Below, piece after piece: positions 9,178-19,654 of a stretch of DNA of 64,000 bases. Each line of letters opens with the position of its first letter. Position 1 is the first letter of the stretch. Made by a program: the position numbers and the translations under genes. Where the stretch lies: positions 6,989-70,988 of the forward strand of contig JANIHI010000008.1 of the NCBI GenBank assembly GCA_024518585.1, given 5' to 3'. The notes below the pieces were generated by a model. That model was not told where the DNA came from and did no database searches. It saw nothing but the letters and a program-made list of their open reading frames with translations. This DNA comes from Methanolinea sp. (GTDB lineage: Archaea; Halobacteriota; Methanomicrobia; Methanomicrobiales; Methanospirillaceae).

Positions 9178-10263
9178 ATGGAAGTGACCGAGCGCCGCCT
9201 TAGTACTTTTGAGAAGTATCTCACGGTCTGGGTGGCCCTCTGCATCCTTGCCGGGATCGCTCTTGGAGCGATTGCGCCCGGTGTTGCCGTAGCCCTCGAT
9301 TCCTTCTCTGTCTACCAGGTCTCGATCCCGATTGCAATAGCCCTCTTCTTCATGATGTACCCCATCATGGTGAAGATCGACTTTGCCGAGGTGCTCAAGG
9401 CCGCCCGGACCCCAAAACCCGTGGCCCTCACCCTGTTTATCAACTGGGCCATAAAGCCGTTCACGATGTACCTCCTTGCCACGTTCTTCCTCGGATACGT
9501 CTTTGTCTCCTTCATCCCCGGGACCGAAGTGCTTGCAGACGGGAACACGGTCGAGCTCTGGAGGAGTTATGTCGCAGGCTGCATCCTGCTCGGCATCGCA
9601 CCCTGCACCGCCATGGTCTTGATGTGGAGCTACCTGGCACGGGGAAACGACGGCCTCACCCTGATCATGGTTGCCGTTAACTCGCTCACCATGCTCGTCC
9701 TCTACGCACCCCTTGGGGGGTTCCTCCTCGGGGTGAACGCGATGCCGATCCCCTGGGAGACCATCCTCCTCTCTGTCGCCATCTATGTCGGCCTTCCCCT
9801 CCTCGCCGGTTATTACACGAGGAAGTGGATTATTCAGCACAAGGGGATGTCATGGTTTGAAACAAAGTTCCTCCACCTCCTCACCCCTGTCTCTATCATT
9901 GCTCTCCTCGGGACGCTCGTCCTCCTCTTCACCTTCAAGGGAAACGTCATTGTCGAAAACCCGGCAACCATCCTCTGGATTGCGATCCCCCTCTTCATCC
10001 AGACCATGCTCATCTTTTCCATTGGGTACTTCGCCCTGGCCCGCTGGCTGAAACTTCCCTACCGCGACGCTGCCCCCGCTGCGATGATCGGGGCTTCTAA
10101 CCACTTCGAGGTCGCAATTGCCACCGCAACCATTCTCTTCGGGCTGGCTTCAGGAGCAGCGCTCGCAACGGTCGTAGGTGTGTTGATCGAAGTGCCCGTA
10201 ATGCTCATGCTCGTGAAGATTTGCTTGCGGACGCAGGGGTTATTCAGGAGTGAACCGGTATGA
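9178..10263 (+). CDS. acr3: ACR3 family arsenite efflux transporter
   Basis: [47 protein letters not shown] and [11 protein letters not shown] motifs. Confidence 0.95.
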   Translation: MEVTERRLSTFEKYLTVWVALCILAGIALGAIAPGVAVALDSFSVYQVSIPIAIALFFMMYPIMVKIDFAEVLKAARTPKPVALTLFINWAIKPFTMYLLATFFLGYVFVSFIPGTEVLADGNTVELWRSYVAGCILLGIAPCTAMVLMWSYLARGNDGLTLIMVAVNSLTMLVLYAPLGGFLLGVNAMPIPWETILLSVAIYVGLPLLAGYYTRKWIIQHKGMSWFETKFLHLLTPVSIIALLGTLVLLFTFKGNVIVENPATILWIAIPLFIQTMLIFSIGYFALARWLKLPYRDAAPAAMIGASNHFEVAIATATILFGLASGAALATVVGVLIEVPVMLMLVKICLRTQGLFRSEPV

Positions 10264-11108
10264 AAATGAAATCAATGCTTGTGCCATTGGAAATCCACGG
10301 TGCGGGAACGGTGATGGTCCCTGCCGTGGAAGAGATCGCCCGTCTCGGTATCGAGAGGGCAGACCTGCTGTATGTCGTAGGAGCTGATACAGGTCTCCTT
10401 GCCCGCGATCAACAGATAATGAATGAATGGAAACAGCGCCTGGAAGGATGTGGAGTAAAGGAGGTCCGGGTCGATATTGACGAGGGTATTCCCTGGATCG
10501 ATATCCTGGAACGGGCGGAAGCGGAGCCCCCCTCCCTCATTGTCATGGGATCGCACGGCAGATCTCTCATCCCCCGCATGTTCCTCGGCAGCCAGACAGA
10601 GAATGTGCTCCATCATGCAAAAGCCCCCCTCCTGATCCTCCGCCTCACCATCATGAAGAGTGGTGACCCCGACACCTGCACGATCCGCCCGGGGCTCTTC
10701 CGCCGGGTCCTCTACCTCACCGATTTCTCGGCCGAGGCGGAGCGGTGCATCCCGTTCATCGAGTGGCTGGCCGGTGCGAAACCCGAGCAGCTGGTCATCA
10801 TGCATGTCCAGGACACCCGTCGTCTCTGGACCGCTACGCAGGAACAGATTGCCGAATTCAATCGTAAAGACGCCGGGAGGCTCGCAGAACTGAAAAAACG
10901 GTTCGAACCACTGGGAATCCCCCAGGTCGTGACCGAGCTCGTCACCGGGAATGCCATCGATGAAATTCTGGCAGTGGAGGACTCCTTCGCACCGACGGTC
11001 ATCGTTATGGGGGCGAAGGGCCGGACCAGCAGTGTGAGTTCCCTGCTGGGCGGTGTCACAGAGGCAATAGTCCACAGGGCAAAGGCGCACGTGCTGGTGA
11101 TGAGGTAG
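10260..11108 (+). CDS. Tandem-domain universal stress protein
   Basis: Two USP repeats: IVMGSHGRS...LGSQTENV and IVMGAKGRT...LGGVTEAI. Confidence 0.9.
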   Translation: MKMKSMLVPLEIHGAGTVMVPAVEEIARLGIERADLLYVVGADTGLLARDQQIMNEWKQRLEGCGVKEVRVDIDEGIPWIDILERAEAEPPSLIVMGSHGRSLIPRMFLGSQTENVLHHAKAPLLILRLTIMKSGDPDTCTIRPGLFRRVLYLTDFSAEAERCIPFIEWLAGAKPEQLVIMHVQDTRRLWTATQEQIAEFNRKDAGRLAELKKRFEPLGIPQVVTELVTGNAIDEILAVEDSFAPTVIVMGAKGRTSSVSSLLGGVTEAIVHRAKAHVLVMR

Positions 11109-11213
11109 TGATAAAAATCCTTTTAAATTGGGGCTTTTGGCTTTTGCGATGAGTTCGGTGAAACAGGGGCGGTAACGATGGGGCACGGTGTTCATAAACC
11201 CGGCGAAGACAGA

Positions 11214-12650
11214 ATGTCGGCGACGATGGCGAGCATCGAGAGGTGGCTTGGGAATCCGTTTACACGGGTCATCCTCCGCTGGTTGTCATCGGACTGTGCA
11301 CGATGCGGCAACAGGCTCGAGCTGGCACTGGACCGGTTCACTGGCAGGAAAAACTCGTCCCCCTGTGCATCCTGCCTTGTGGCGTCCTGGATCGTTGGAC
11401 TTACTATCAAGAAGAGCGGGGACGTCTTTGGCGTCAGTGATGACAGTTTAAAGGAGGGCCTTCTCGACCCCTACCTGAGGCGAGGTCTCTCGACCGTGAT
11501 CAGGGGGATTGCCCGCTATGGGGTCACCCGGCCGCAACGGGTGGATGCACCGTTCCTCGTGGTCTGGGACATCACGCACCGGTGCAACCTCAGGTGCATC
11601 CACTGCTACCAGGATGCCCATAAGGCCTTCCCCGATGAGATGAGTACAGAGGAAGCAAAAAAGGTCCTTGACGATCTCAGTGATGCCGGTGTGGTGGCGA
11701 TCGCCTTCTCCGGCGGTGAACCGCTCATGCGCCCGGACATGCGGGAACTGGTCAGCTACGCCAAGGACAAAGGCTTTTTCGTCTCGCTTGCCAGCAACGG
11801 TACCTTGATCGATGAGCACATGGCAAATGACCTTGCCGCCAGAAAGCTTGACTATATCGAGATCTCTGTTGACGGTGCAGACGCAGCGCACCACGACCTC
11901 TTCCGAGGGGTCCCCGGGGCGTTTGACAGGGCGGTGGCGGGGATACAGGCATGCGTTGGGGCGGGACTCGATACAGGGGTAGCGACAACAGTCACGCGGG
12001 AGACCGTCGGACAGCTCCCGGCCATCCACCAACTGGCGGCAGGCCTTGGTGTGAGCCGCATGATGTGTTTTAACTTTGTACCGACAGGCAGGGGAACCGG
12101 GATGGTTGACCAGGACATCCCCCCTGACCAGCGCGAAGCGCTTCACAGGTGGATCCTCGGAGTCGACCGTCGCGGCAACCTTCCTGTCCTGCTCTCGACG
12201 GCGCCACAGTTTGCCCGCGTGGCAGTCGAGGATGAACAAGGGGAGGGAGGCATCCCCGTCGGCCATTTCTATACAGGAAAGGGACTGGAGGGAAAGGCGG
12301 CGGCCCTCGCAGAATTCATTGGCGGGTGCGGGGCAGGGAGGATCTATTGTAGCATCGAGCCGGAGGGGACCGTCCAGCCCTGCGTCTTTTTACCTGTTCC
12401 GGCCGGCAACCTCCGGCAGTCATCGTTTGCTGAAATCTGGCATAACTCAGATGTCCTTTCCCACCTCCGCTCCCGCGAGAACCTCAAAGGGAATTGCGGG
12501 ACTTGCCGGTACCGGCTGCTTTGCGGGGGGTGCAGGGCGAGGGCATATGCATATTTCCAGGATCTCGATGCCCCGGACCCGGGGTGTATACGAAACCGGG
12601 TTCTCTGGGACTCGCTCAGCTCAAAGGCGGAGGCCGCCCATGCGTCATGA
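11214..12650 (+). CDS. Radical SAM/SPASM domain protein
   Basis: CNLRCIHC, SGGEP, and a SPASM CGAG...PC...CGTCRYRLLCGGCRARA...DPGC domain. It also carries extra N-terminal CARC and CASC pairs. Confidence 0.9.
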   Translation: MSATMASIERWLGNPFTRVILRWLSSDCARCGNRLELALDRFTGRKNSSPCASCLVASWIVGLTIKKSGDVFGVSDDSLKEGLLDPYLRRGLSTVIRGIARYGVTRPQRVDAPFLVVWDITHRCNLRCIHCYQDAHKAFPDEMSTEEAKKVLDDLSDAGVVAIAFSGGEPLMRPDMRELVSYAKDKGFFVSLASNGTLIDEHMANDLAARKLDYIEISVDGADAAHHDLFRGVPGAFDRAVAGIQACVGAGLDTGVATTVTRETVGQLPAIHQLAAGLGVSRMMCFNFVPTGRGTGMVDQDIPPDQREALHRWILGVDRRGNLPVLLSTAPQFARVAVEDEQGEGGIPVGHFYTGKGLEGKAAALAEFIGGCGAGRIYCSIEPEGTVQPCVFLPVPAGNLRQSSFAEIWHNSDVLSHLRSRENLKGNCGTCRYRLLCGGCRARAYAYFQDLDAPDPGCIRNRVLWDSLSSKAEAAHAS

Positions 12651-12748
12651 ACGAAGGGTGTCACACCTCCCCCCGGAGGGTGCCGGATAAGATATTTTTG
12701 GGGAGCACAGGAAAAAGTTCTGAATTAACAGGGAAACAGGTGAATGAA

Positions 12749-13525
12749 TTGACACACCTAGAAGAGATCAGGAAAAACGGTAAGACAATGAAAGAGATCC
12801 TCGGCCTCCACGGGTCGCCCATCGGAGTCCGTATCGTACGGAAGGGTATCTCAGAGACGTTCTCCGAACCGTGCGCGGAAGAGCACATGCGGTTCTGCCA
12901 GGCCCTGATGAGGGGCCGGCACGGAATGCGAACGGTGATTTGCAAGGAGAACCTCGTATGCCCGGCGGCGGCCTGTGCATTCGGGTTCAAACCGCTTCCA
13001 GAGCCGTTGAAGACCGGCAAGGGCCTTGTTGGTTTTGGCATCACGGCAAGAGAAGAGATCGGAGTGAGGATGTTCGAAGAAATGACGGTGTTTGAAAAGG
13101 GTAATATTGATCGGATCGACGTATTCCCTCTCGAAAAAGCCAGGATAGAGCCGGACATCGTGGTGGTGGAGGACGAAGTGGAGAAACTCATGTGGATCGT
13201 CCTCGCCTCGATGCACAGCCGTGGCGGCGAACGGGTCCGGGGGACCACGGCCGTGCTGCAGGCTACCTGCGTGGACGCGACTATCATTCCCTATAAGGAA
13301 CAGCGACTCAACTTCAACTTCGGATGTTATGGCTGCCGGGATGCGACCGATATCGGACCGGGTGAAGCGATCGTCGGGTTTCCGATCGACGAACTGCCTT
13401 CGATTATCACCCACCTGGAGTACCTGAACAAGAAGGCCCTTCCCCATTCACGGGGCAAGCATGCCTTGGAAGCGTTCATGAAACAACACAAGGGCGGGGA
13501 TGAAGGTTCATGTTCGTCGCTGTGA
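12749..13525 (+). CDS. DUF169 family protein
   Basis: LGLHGSPIGV, RFCQA, CPAAACAFG, ATCVD and GCYGCRDATD motifs. TTG start follows an AGGTGA RBS. Confidence 0.85.
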   Translation: MTHLEEIRKNGKTMKEILGLHGSPIGVRIVRKGISETFSEPCAEEHMRFCQALMRGRHGMRTVICKENLVCPAAACAFGFKPLPEPLKTGKGLVGFGITAREEIGVRMFEEMTVFEKGNIDRIDVFPLEKARIEPDIVVVEDEVEKLMWIVLASMHSRGGERVRGTTAVLQATCVDATIIPYKEQRLNFNFGCYGCRDATDIGPGEAIVGFPIDELPSIITHLEYLNKKALPHSRGKHALEAFMKQHKGGDEGSCSSL

Positions 13526-13656
13526 CCAATGGCTGGGCATAGAGGAAAATACCACTGATGCATCACGCACACAGGCGTGCCGAATACATACGCGATAGCG
13601 TGTTGCAGTCGTAAATGAGGGGAAATGAAGGTTTCAGAGAAGACCCGGGGGATATA

Positions 13657-14691
13657 ATGGCAAAGAAAAATGCGCTGTTGAAGTATGCAGCGTTCGTGAG
13701 AGAATACTATGCACTTATCATCATTGCAACCCTTTTCGTGGCAGTAGCAGTCGGGCTGGTCTCATCCGCTCCAGGAAGGGTTCTCCAGCGGTACAGCGTG
13801 CTGTTCATCGTGATCATGATCGGGGCAATGGGCTTTTCCATCACCTTCAAGAGCCTCAGTGCCTCTCTCAAGGAATGGTGTGCACGCTGCCTCTCGCTTG
13901 GCCTGGTATTGAACTTCCTCTTTGCACCGTTCCTGTGCTGGCTCCTTGCTCTCCTGCTGCTCCAGGAATATCCTGATTTTGCCGTGGGGCTTATCCTTAT
14001 CGGCGCGGTCCCCTGCGCCGGGATGGCCATGGTATGGACCGGTCTCCTGAAGGGTGACCTCCCGCTCGCAACCGTTATCAATGCCGTGACGATGGTGCTC
14101 GCACCCTTCCTGATCCCATTGATCATGCTCTTTTTTGCCGGGCGCTTTGTCGTTATTGATATGGCTGCCATGTTTGTGCAGGTGCTCCTCACCGTCCTCT
14201 TACCCCTCCTTATCGGCATATCCCTGCGGGAGATCCTTGAATGGAGGACCTGTGCCCAAAAAGGCCAGGATGACCCCCAAAACCGCGGCACGACAAGGAG
14301 AGAGAACAGCGTGCAGTATATACTCCCCATCATGTCAGCGATCTCCGCGACCATGGCAGTCCTGCTCATGTTCATGGCCATCAATACGAGTATCCCGCTC
14401 ATCCTGAAAAATCTCGCCTCTATCGTCCCGCTGGTCATGTCGACCGTGACGATCTTCCCGATTTTATTCATTGTCTCATACGTGATCAGCGTGCGGCTCT
14501 TCCCCCATGCCCAGAACATTGCCCTCACCTACTCTTCCGGCATGAAAAACCTCCCCATTGCCATCGGGATAGCCTCGGTCAGTTTCGGGGGGCTCGCGAT
14601 GCTGCCGGTCGCGGTTGGATTTGCCTTCCAGATGCTGACTGCAGTCGGGTTCTACCAGGTATACAAGAGATCCTCCGCGGACAGCCGTTGA
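13657..14691 (+). CDS. Acr3-like / bile acid:sodium symporter (SBF) family transporter
   Basis: LNFLFAP, GAVPCAGMAMVWT and SSGMKNLPIAI motifs, about 10 TM segments. Confidence 0.85.
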   Translation: MAKKNALLKYAAFVREYYALIIIATLFVAVAVGLVSSAPGRVLQRYSVLFIVIMIGAMGFSITFKSLSASLKEWCARCLSLGLVLNFLFAPFLCWLLALLLLQEYPDFAVGLILIGAVPCAGMAMVWTGLLKGDLPLATVINAVTMVLAPFLIPLIMLFFAGRFVVIDMAAMFVQVLLTVLLPLLIGISLREILEWRTCAQKGQDDPQNRGTTRRENSVQYILPIMSAISATMAVLLMFMAINTSIPLILKNLASIVPLVMSTVTIFPILFIVSYVISVRLFPHAQNIALTYSSGMKNLPIAIGIASVSFGGLAMLPVAVGFAFQMLTAVGFYQVYKRSSADSR

Positions 14692-14717
14692 TTGGGTGAA
14701 GCGAGGAGACATTTTTT

Positions 14718-16118
14718 ATGAACGTCCCAGCATGTTCTCACAGCACCCGATTGGACCAGCGTAGTATCCTCCTTGTCGCAATACTCACCTCGTTTCTCAC
14801 GCCGTTCCTGATCTCCTCCGTCAATATTGCCATTCCTGCCATAGGGTCGGAATTCGGGGCAGATGCCGTCCTCCTCGGCTGGATTCCGACATCCTACATC
14901 CTGGCATCGGCGATCTTCCTCATCCCGGTAGGAAGGCTCGCCGACATCCATGGCATGCGGCGGGTCTTCTTCCCGGGGATTGTCATTGTTACCATCGCAA
15001 CGGTTCTCTGTGCATTTTCTGTTTCTACCCCCATGCTCATCGGTTTCCGGGTACTCCAGGGGATAGGGAATGCCATGGTCTTCTCGACTGCGGTTGCTGC
15101 TCTCACTATCGTGTATCCCCCGGGGAAGCGGGGTATGGCGCTTGGGCTCAGTGTCACGGCGTCCTACATCGGGCTCTCCCTCGGCCCTTTCATTGGAGGG
15201 ATATTGACCCAGAACCTCGGATGGCGGAGCATCTTCCTTGCCACGATCCCGATCTCGGCACTCATTATCCTCCTGCTCATGCAAAACGGTGACGAGTGGA
15301 CAGAGAGAATCCCGGAGCGCTTCGATCTTGCAGGGTCCATCGTCTATGGCTCCATGCTCCTCTGCCTGATGTACGGCCTCTCGCTCCTCCCCGGGACGGA
15401 AGGGTGGGCCTTTGTTCTTGGCAGCCTGCCGCTGCTCGCGATCTTTGTCCTCTGGGAGATGCGCATCGAGAGCCCGATTATAAAGGTCAGCCTGTTCCTG
15501 GAGAACCGCGTCTTTTCCTTCTCGAGCATCGCAACGATGATCAATTACAGTGCCACCTTTGCAACAAGCTTCCTCCTTGCACTCTACCTCCAGTTCAACA
15601 GGGGATTTGACCCCCAGGCCACAGGTCTCATTATCATGGCGCAGCCGGTCGTGCAGGCGGTCTTTTCACCCGCGGCAGGCCGTCTCTCTGACCGCGTGGA
15701 GCCGGGACTCATCGCATCGGCAGGGATGGGTGCAACGGTGATCGGCCTTGTGATGCTTGCCCTCCTCGCAGAGGAGACGCCTCTTCTCTTCATCGTGGCC
15801 GCCCTCGTCGCCCTTGGCATCGGTTTTGCGCTCTTCTCATCGCCAAACACGAATGCTATCATGAGTTCGGTAGACCGGAAATTTTTTGGCGTTGCCTCAG
15901 CCACCGTTGCAACCGCCCGCCAGGTCGGGATGATGCTCTCACTCGGTGTCACCATGGTGATTTTCTCGCTGGTCATCGGGCGTGTCCAGATCACCCCGGA
16001 AGTGCACGCGCAACTCCTGGAAAGCATACAGATTGCCTTCACAGTCTTTGCAGTCCTCTGCGCGGCGGGAATCTACTTCTCGCTCGCACGGGGGAAGGTG
16101 AGGGAGGAAGCAGGGTAG
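14718..16118 (+). CDS. MFS drug:H+ antiporter (DHA2/EmrB-QacA type)
   Basis: SSVNIAIPAI, GRLADIHGMRR, GPFIGGIL and FSSPNTNAIMSSV motifs, 14 TM segments. Confidence 0.9.
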   Translation: MNVPACSHSTRLDQRSILLVAILTSFLTPFLISSVNIAIPAIGSEFGADAVLLGWIPTSYILASAIFLIPVGRLADIHGMRRVFFPGIVIVTIATVLCAFSVSTPMLIGFRVLQGIGNAMVFSTAVAALTIVYPPGKRGMALGLSVTASYIGLSLGPFIGGILTQNLGWRSIFLATIPISALIILLLMQNGDEWTERIPERFDLAGSIVYGSMLLCLMYGLSLLPGTEGWAFVLGSLPLLAIFVLWEMRIESPIIKVSLFLENRVFSFSSIATMINYSATFATSFLLALYLQFNRGFDPQATGLIIMAQPVVQAVFSPAAGRLSDRVEPGLIASAGMGATVIGLVMLALLAEETPLLFIVAALVALGIGFALFSSPNTNAIMSSVDRKFFGVASATVATARQVGMMLSLGVTMVIFSLVIGRVQITPEVHAQLLESIQIAFTVFAVLCAAGIYFSLARGKVREEAG

Positions 16119-16142
16119 ACCGGCGTGCAAAAAAGGGCTCTC

Positions 16143-17552
16143 TCACCCGACGCATATGAGTCGGCGAATGAATATGCCTGCCCACATGTAACCGACGAAA
16201 CCCCCGATAATATTCCCGACGACGATTCCGGAATAGACACCAAACTCGCCGAGCCCGAGCACTATGCCAAGGATGAATGCAAAGAGCAGATCAAAGGCAA
16301 GGGTCCTGAGGAGGCTGATGACAAGGGACGTAAAGCCGTGCCCCGTCCCCTGGAAGACGGAGGACGAAAACATCCCCAGCGGGATGAAGGGGTAAAAGAA
16401 GCACATGGTCTGGAAGAAGAGGATGAAGGCCGGGAAGAGGTGAGCGCTCTCGGGTGAATACGTGAAGAGTGCCGTAATCTGGGGGGAGAGCAGGTAGGTA
16501 AGGATACCGGTCACGAGGCCGATACCAACCCCGATACGGATCGAGTACTGGTGCACGGTGCGGATCTTTTCATATTCCCGTGCCCCGTATGCTGCCCCGG
16601 AAACGGCAATGACCGATGTTGCGATCCCTATCAGGGGGACGATTGCAAACATCACGATTCTCCAGCCCGAGGTATAGACGGCAACTGCATCGGTGCCCGC
16701 GATCGTGACAAGGATGAGGTTGATCGAAAGGGACATGACCGAGAGGAGGAGGTACTCGAGGCTCGCCGGGATTCCCACATCGAGGATGGACCGGAAGATC
16801 CGCATGTCAGGCGAGAAACCCCGGAATTTTAGATTGACAAAGGTGTCATTGCTGATAAAAAACCAGTAAGCAAGCACGACGAGGACTGACGCTATCGAGA
16901 TGACGGTGGCAATCGCTGCACCGGCAACCCCGAGTCCTGCCCAGTAGATGAGGATCGGGTCGAGGATGATGTTGAGCACTGATGAGACGGCCATTGCGTA
17001 CATCGTCCTCTTTGTATCACCCTCGGCCCTGAGGACGGCATAGGCCATCTGGACGACGAGGAAAAATATCGTGCCCAAAAAGACGATCTGCCCGTATTCA
17101 ACTGCAATGTCGGTCACCGGCCCCGCACCGAGCAGGACCACGATGGGGCGCAGGAAGAGGACAAATATGACCGTCAGGACCGCTGAGACGATGAAAGCGG
17201 TGAGGATAGCGTGGCTGGCCGCGGTATCTGCCCCCTCTTTGTCACGGGCCCCTATGCACCGTGCGACAACCGAGGTCGCCCCTGCCCCCAACCCGTTCGA
17301 GAGGCCCATCAGGATCATGAAGAGCGGCGTGACGAAGCCGACACCGGCGAGGGCATCGGAACCGAGCCCCGCAACCCATATGGCATCGGCGAGGTTGTAG
17401 ATCGCAATCAGGAACATAGCAACGATCATCGGGCCGGCAAGCTTCCGGACGGCGACTTTCGGGTCGCCCCGGAGGATGCTGACTCCCCTCGTCACCTGTT
17501 CGTCGAATGCACGTCCAGGTGCGTCCCCGTCTTTATCCGCTGTTGCAGTCAT
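16143..17552 (-). CDS. MATE family efflux transporter
   Basis: LAGPMIV, YNLADAIWV, LRAEGDTKR, NIILDPILI and GVAGAAIAT motifs. Confidence 0.93.
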   Translation of the reverse strand: MTATADKDGDAPGRAFDEQVTRGVSILRGDPKVAVRKLAGPMIVAMFLIAIYNLADAIWVAGLGSDALAGVGFVTPLFMILMGLSNGLGAGATSVVARCIGARDKEGADTAASHAILTAFIVSAVLTVIFVLFLRPIVVLLGAGPVTDIAVEYGQIVFLGTIFFLVVQMAYAVLRAEGDTKRTMYAMAVSSVLNIILDPILIYWAGLGVAGAAIATVISIASVLVVLAYWFFISNDTFVNLKFRGFSPDMRIFRSILDVGIPASLEYLLLSVMSLSINLILVTIAGTDAVAVYTSGWRIVMFAIVPLIGIATSVIAVSGAAYGAREYEKIRTVHQYSIRIGVGIGLVTGILTYLLSPQITALFTYSPESAHLFPAFILFFQTMCFFYPFIPLGMFSSSVFQGTGHGFTSLVISLLRTLAFDLLFAFILGIVLGLGEFGVYSGIVVGNIIGGFVGYMWAGIFIRRLICVG

Positions 17553-17994
17553 CCTTGCATTCCTCTCCTATCAGGTGCATGCTCTGGCGCGCGAGGACCA
17601 TGAGATGATCCCGGACCCGGACCCGGTCCTCCCTCGCAAGGACAGCAAGGAGTTCTTCCTCCCATTCTGCCTCGATACCGAGGATTTCGGCGATCGTCCC
17701 CCTCCCTTTGTCCGTCAGGAAAAGCCCCCAGGCACGACGTTTCCCGGGTATTTTTCTCCGGGAGATGAAACCACCCCGTTCCAGGCGCCGTACGGCACGG
17801 GCAACCGTTGCCTTGTCGAGGTAGAAGAACCGCGCAAGGGTCTCCTGCATCACACCCTCCTTTTGGGACAGGTACATGAGGAGGGGGAACTGCCCGGCGG
17901 CAAGGCCACGTGGCACCAGGTGCCTGTTCAGGGCGATGGAGTGGTTCCGGTGAATGAGGGAGAAAATGGCTCCCAGGGGGAGGTCAGGGTGCAT
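17533..17994 (-). CDS. MarR family transcriptional regulator
   Basis: QETLARFFYLDKATVARAVRRLERGGFISR...LTDKG winged helix. Confidence 0.9.
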   Translation of the reverse strand: MHPDLPLGAIFSLIHRNHSIALNRHLVPRGLAAGQFPLLMYLSQKEGVMQETLARFFYLDKATVARAVRRLERGGFISRRKIPGKRRAWGLFLTDKGRGTIAEILGIEAEWEEELLAVLAREDRVRVRDHLMVLARQSMHLIGEECKDDCNSG

Positions 17995-18030
17995 CAGGCA
18001 TCAATAGCAGTAAAGGTGAGCAGGGTTGCT

Positions 18031-18052
18031 GTATAAAAGTTGCGTATGCAAC
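18031..18052 (-). promoter_or_regulatory. marR-MATE promoter: TATA box plus GTTGC-GTAT-GCAAC palindrome
   Basis: TTTTATAC on the minus strand at 18031-18038, abutting the inverted repeat at 18039-18052. Confidence 0.65.
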
Positions 18053-18154
18053 AATAAAATTCTTCAAACCCCCTCCCATGTGGACGGGAGGAAAACCGGG
18101 ACATGTCCTCTTATCCTGCTGCCATGATACCCGGGATAGACCAGGGTTTTTGTT

Positions 18155-18757
18155 TCAGGAGACCGGCATGAGGATGTCAGGGAACTCCTGTGTCCTCTCG
18201 AGTGACCTGACCCGCGTTTTTAAGATCAGGGTGTGACCGATACATCTGGTTGCAAGGAAACCACAGTCGGCGTTGACCTGAATCGTTTCAGTCTTAAGCG
18301 ATCCTCCCTGAAGGTCCCCGATGCACCTTTCGATGGATGGGCCCGCGTTGATAAAAATCCTCTCTCCGGCATCGTTGAACACCTCCAGGATGACACAGAC
18401 TGAATGGGCCGTCTCGTCGCCCGTGTTTGCAATCGTTGCCGTGGTCTCCCGGCAGGTAAGACCACAACTTGCGGGTGTCCCGGAGTCCAGGGTGAATGCA
18501 ACGGGCCGGGGGGCTGGAGTCAGAGAGACTGTAACCGGTGTTGTCCCCCCGGTCTGAACCAGCGTCACCGCCGCCACCTGGTCGCTTGACGGCGTTGCCA
18601 CCGGAGTCCAGGTATCCATGATATCCCGTGCAGAATCGGGATGGGGTGTGACTCCCCCACCTTGTTGAATCTGGTCCGGGACCAGGAGCCAGATCCCAAG
18701 ACAAATAACCACTCCGATACCGAGAATCACTGCAAGGATCGCAGGGGAGAATTTCAT
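18155..18757 (-). CDS. Hypothetical membrane-anchored/secreted protein
   Basis: N-terminal hydrophobic helix, Pro/Thr linker and an Ig-like C-terminal domain (IANTG motif) with paired Cys. Confidence 0.7.
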   Translation of the reverse strand: MKFSPAILAVILGIGVVICLGIWLLVPDQIQQGGGVTPHPDSARDIMDTWTPVATPSSDQVAAVTLVQTGGTTPVTVSLTPAPRPVAFTLDSGTPASCGLTCRETTATIANTGDETAHSVCVILEVFNDAGERIFINAGPSIERCIGDLQGGSLKTETIQVNADCGFLATRCIGHTLILKTRVRSLERTQEFPDILMPVS

Positions 18758-18928
18758 CCGGTCTGGTATATGACGGGAAAGGACAAGAACCCCCCCGTTA
18801 GCCCCTGCAGGAGAGTATTCCTATATCAGGAAAACGGATACCATAGAATGGGATGCGACGGTCTTTTCGTGAGAAAATTTTCATGGAAGAAAAACCATGA
18901 TGAATTATTCTTTTAGGGGCATGAACTA

Positions 18929-19654
18929 ATGGCAGCAGTGATCGAGACATGCGGGCTCTCGAAGGTCTACGGTGACGTCACGGCCCTTGACTCCGTCTCC
19001 CTCTCGGTCGAGAAGGGGGCACTTTTTGGTCTTCTCGGCCCGAACGGGTCCGGCAAGACGACCATGATAAAGGTTCTGACCGGCCAGGTCCGGCCAACCG
19101 GGGGTTTTGCAAAGGTGCTGGGGCTCGATCCGGCGAAGGATGGCGTAGGGGTGAGGGAAAGAGTCGGGATCATCCCGGAGCAGGAGTCTCCGCCCAGTTT
19201 TCTCTCGGCGATGGAATACCTGGAGTTCGTCGGGGCCGTGAGAAAAATTCCGGACATCGCGGAAAAGGCGGAAAAATGGTTCGATATCCTCGAATTCGGG
19301 GATAAAAAGAACGTACTGTGCAAGGATCTCTCAAGGGGAACCCGCCAGAAGCTCATGTTTGCCCAGGCCTTCATCCATGAACCCGTCCTTGCCCTGATCG
19401 ACGAGCCCCTGATCAACCTCGATCCCCTGATGCAGGACGTGGTCAAGGAATTCCTTTCTGACTATGTCAGGAAAGGAAACACGCTCTTTCTCTCGACGCA
19501 TATCCTCGAGGTCGCCGAGGAGATCTGTTCTGCGGTCGCAATCCTCCACCGGGGAAGACTCCTCCATGCGGGACCGGTCGCTGACGTGAGAGCGCATGGT
19601 GAGCACCTCCCCGGGTTCTTCCTCTCGCTCGTCCGGAAGGGTGGCCATGCCTAA
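18929..19654 (+). CDS. ABC-2 type exporter ATP-binding protein
   Basis: GPNGSGKTT, LSRG, LIDEP and STH motifs. Confidence 0.92.
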   Translation: MAAVIETCGLSKVYGDVTALDSVSLSVEKGALFGLLGPNGSGKTTMIKVLTGQVRPTGGFAKVLGLDPAKDGVGVRERVGIIPEQESPPSFLSAMEYLEFVGAVRKIPDIAEKAEKWFDILEFGDKKNVLCKDLSRGTRQKLMFAQAFIHEPVLALIDEPLINLDPLMQDVVKEFLSDYVRKGNTLFLSTHILEVAEEICSAVAILHRGRLLHAGPVADVRAHGEHLPGFFLSLVRKGGHA

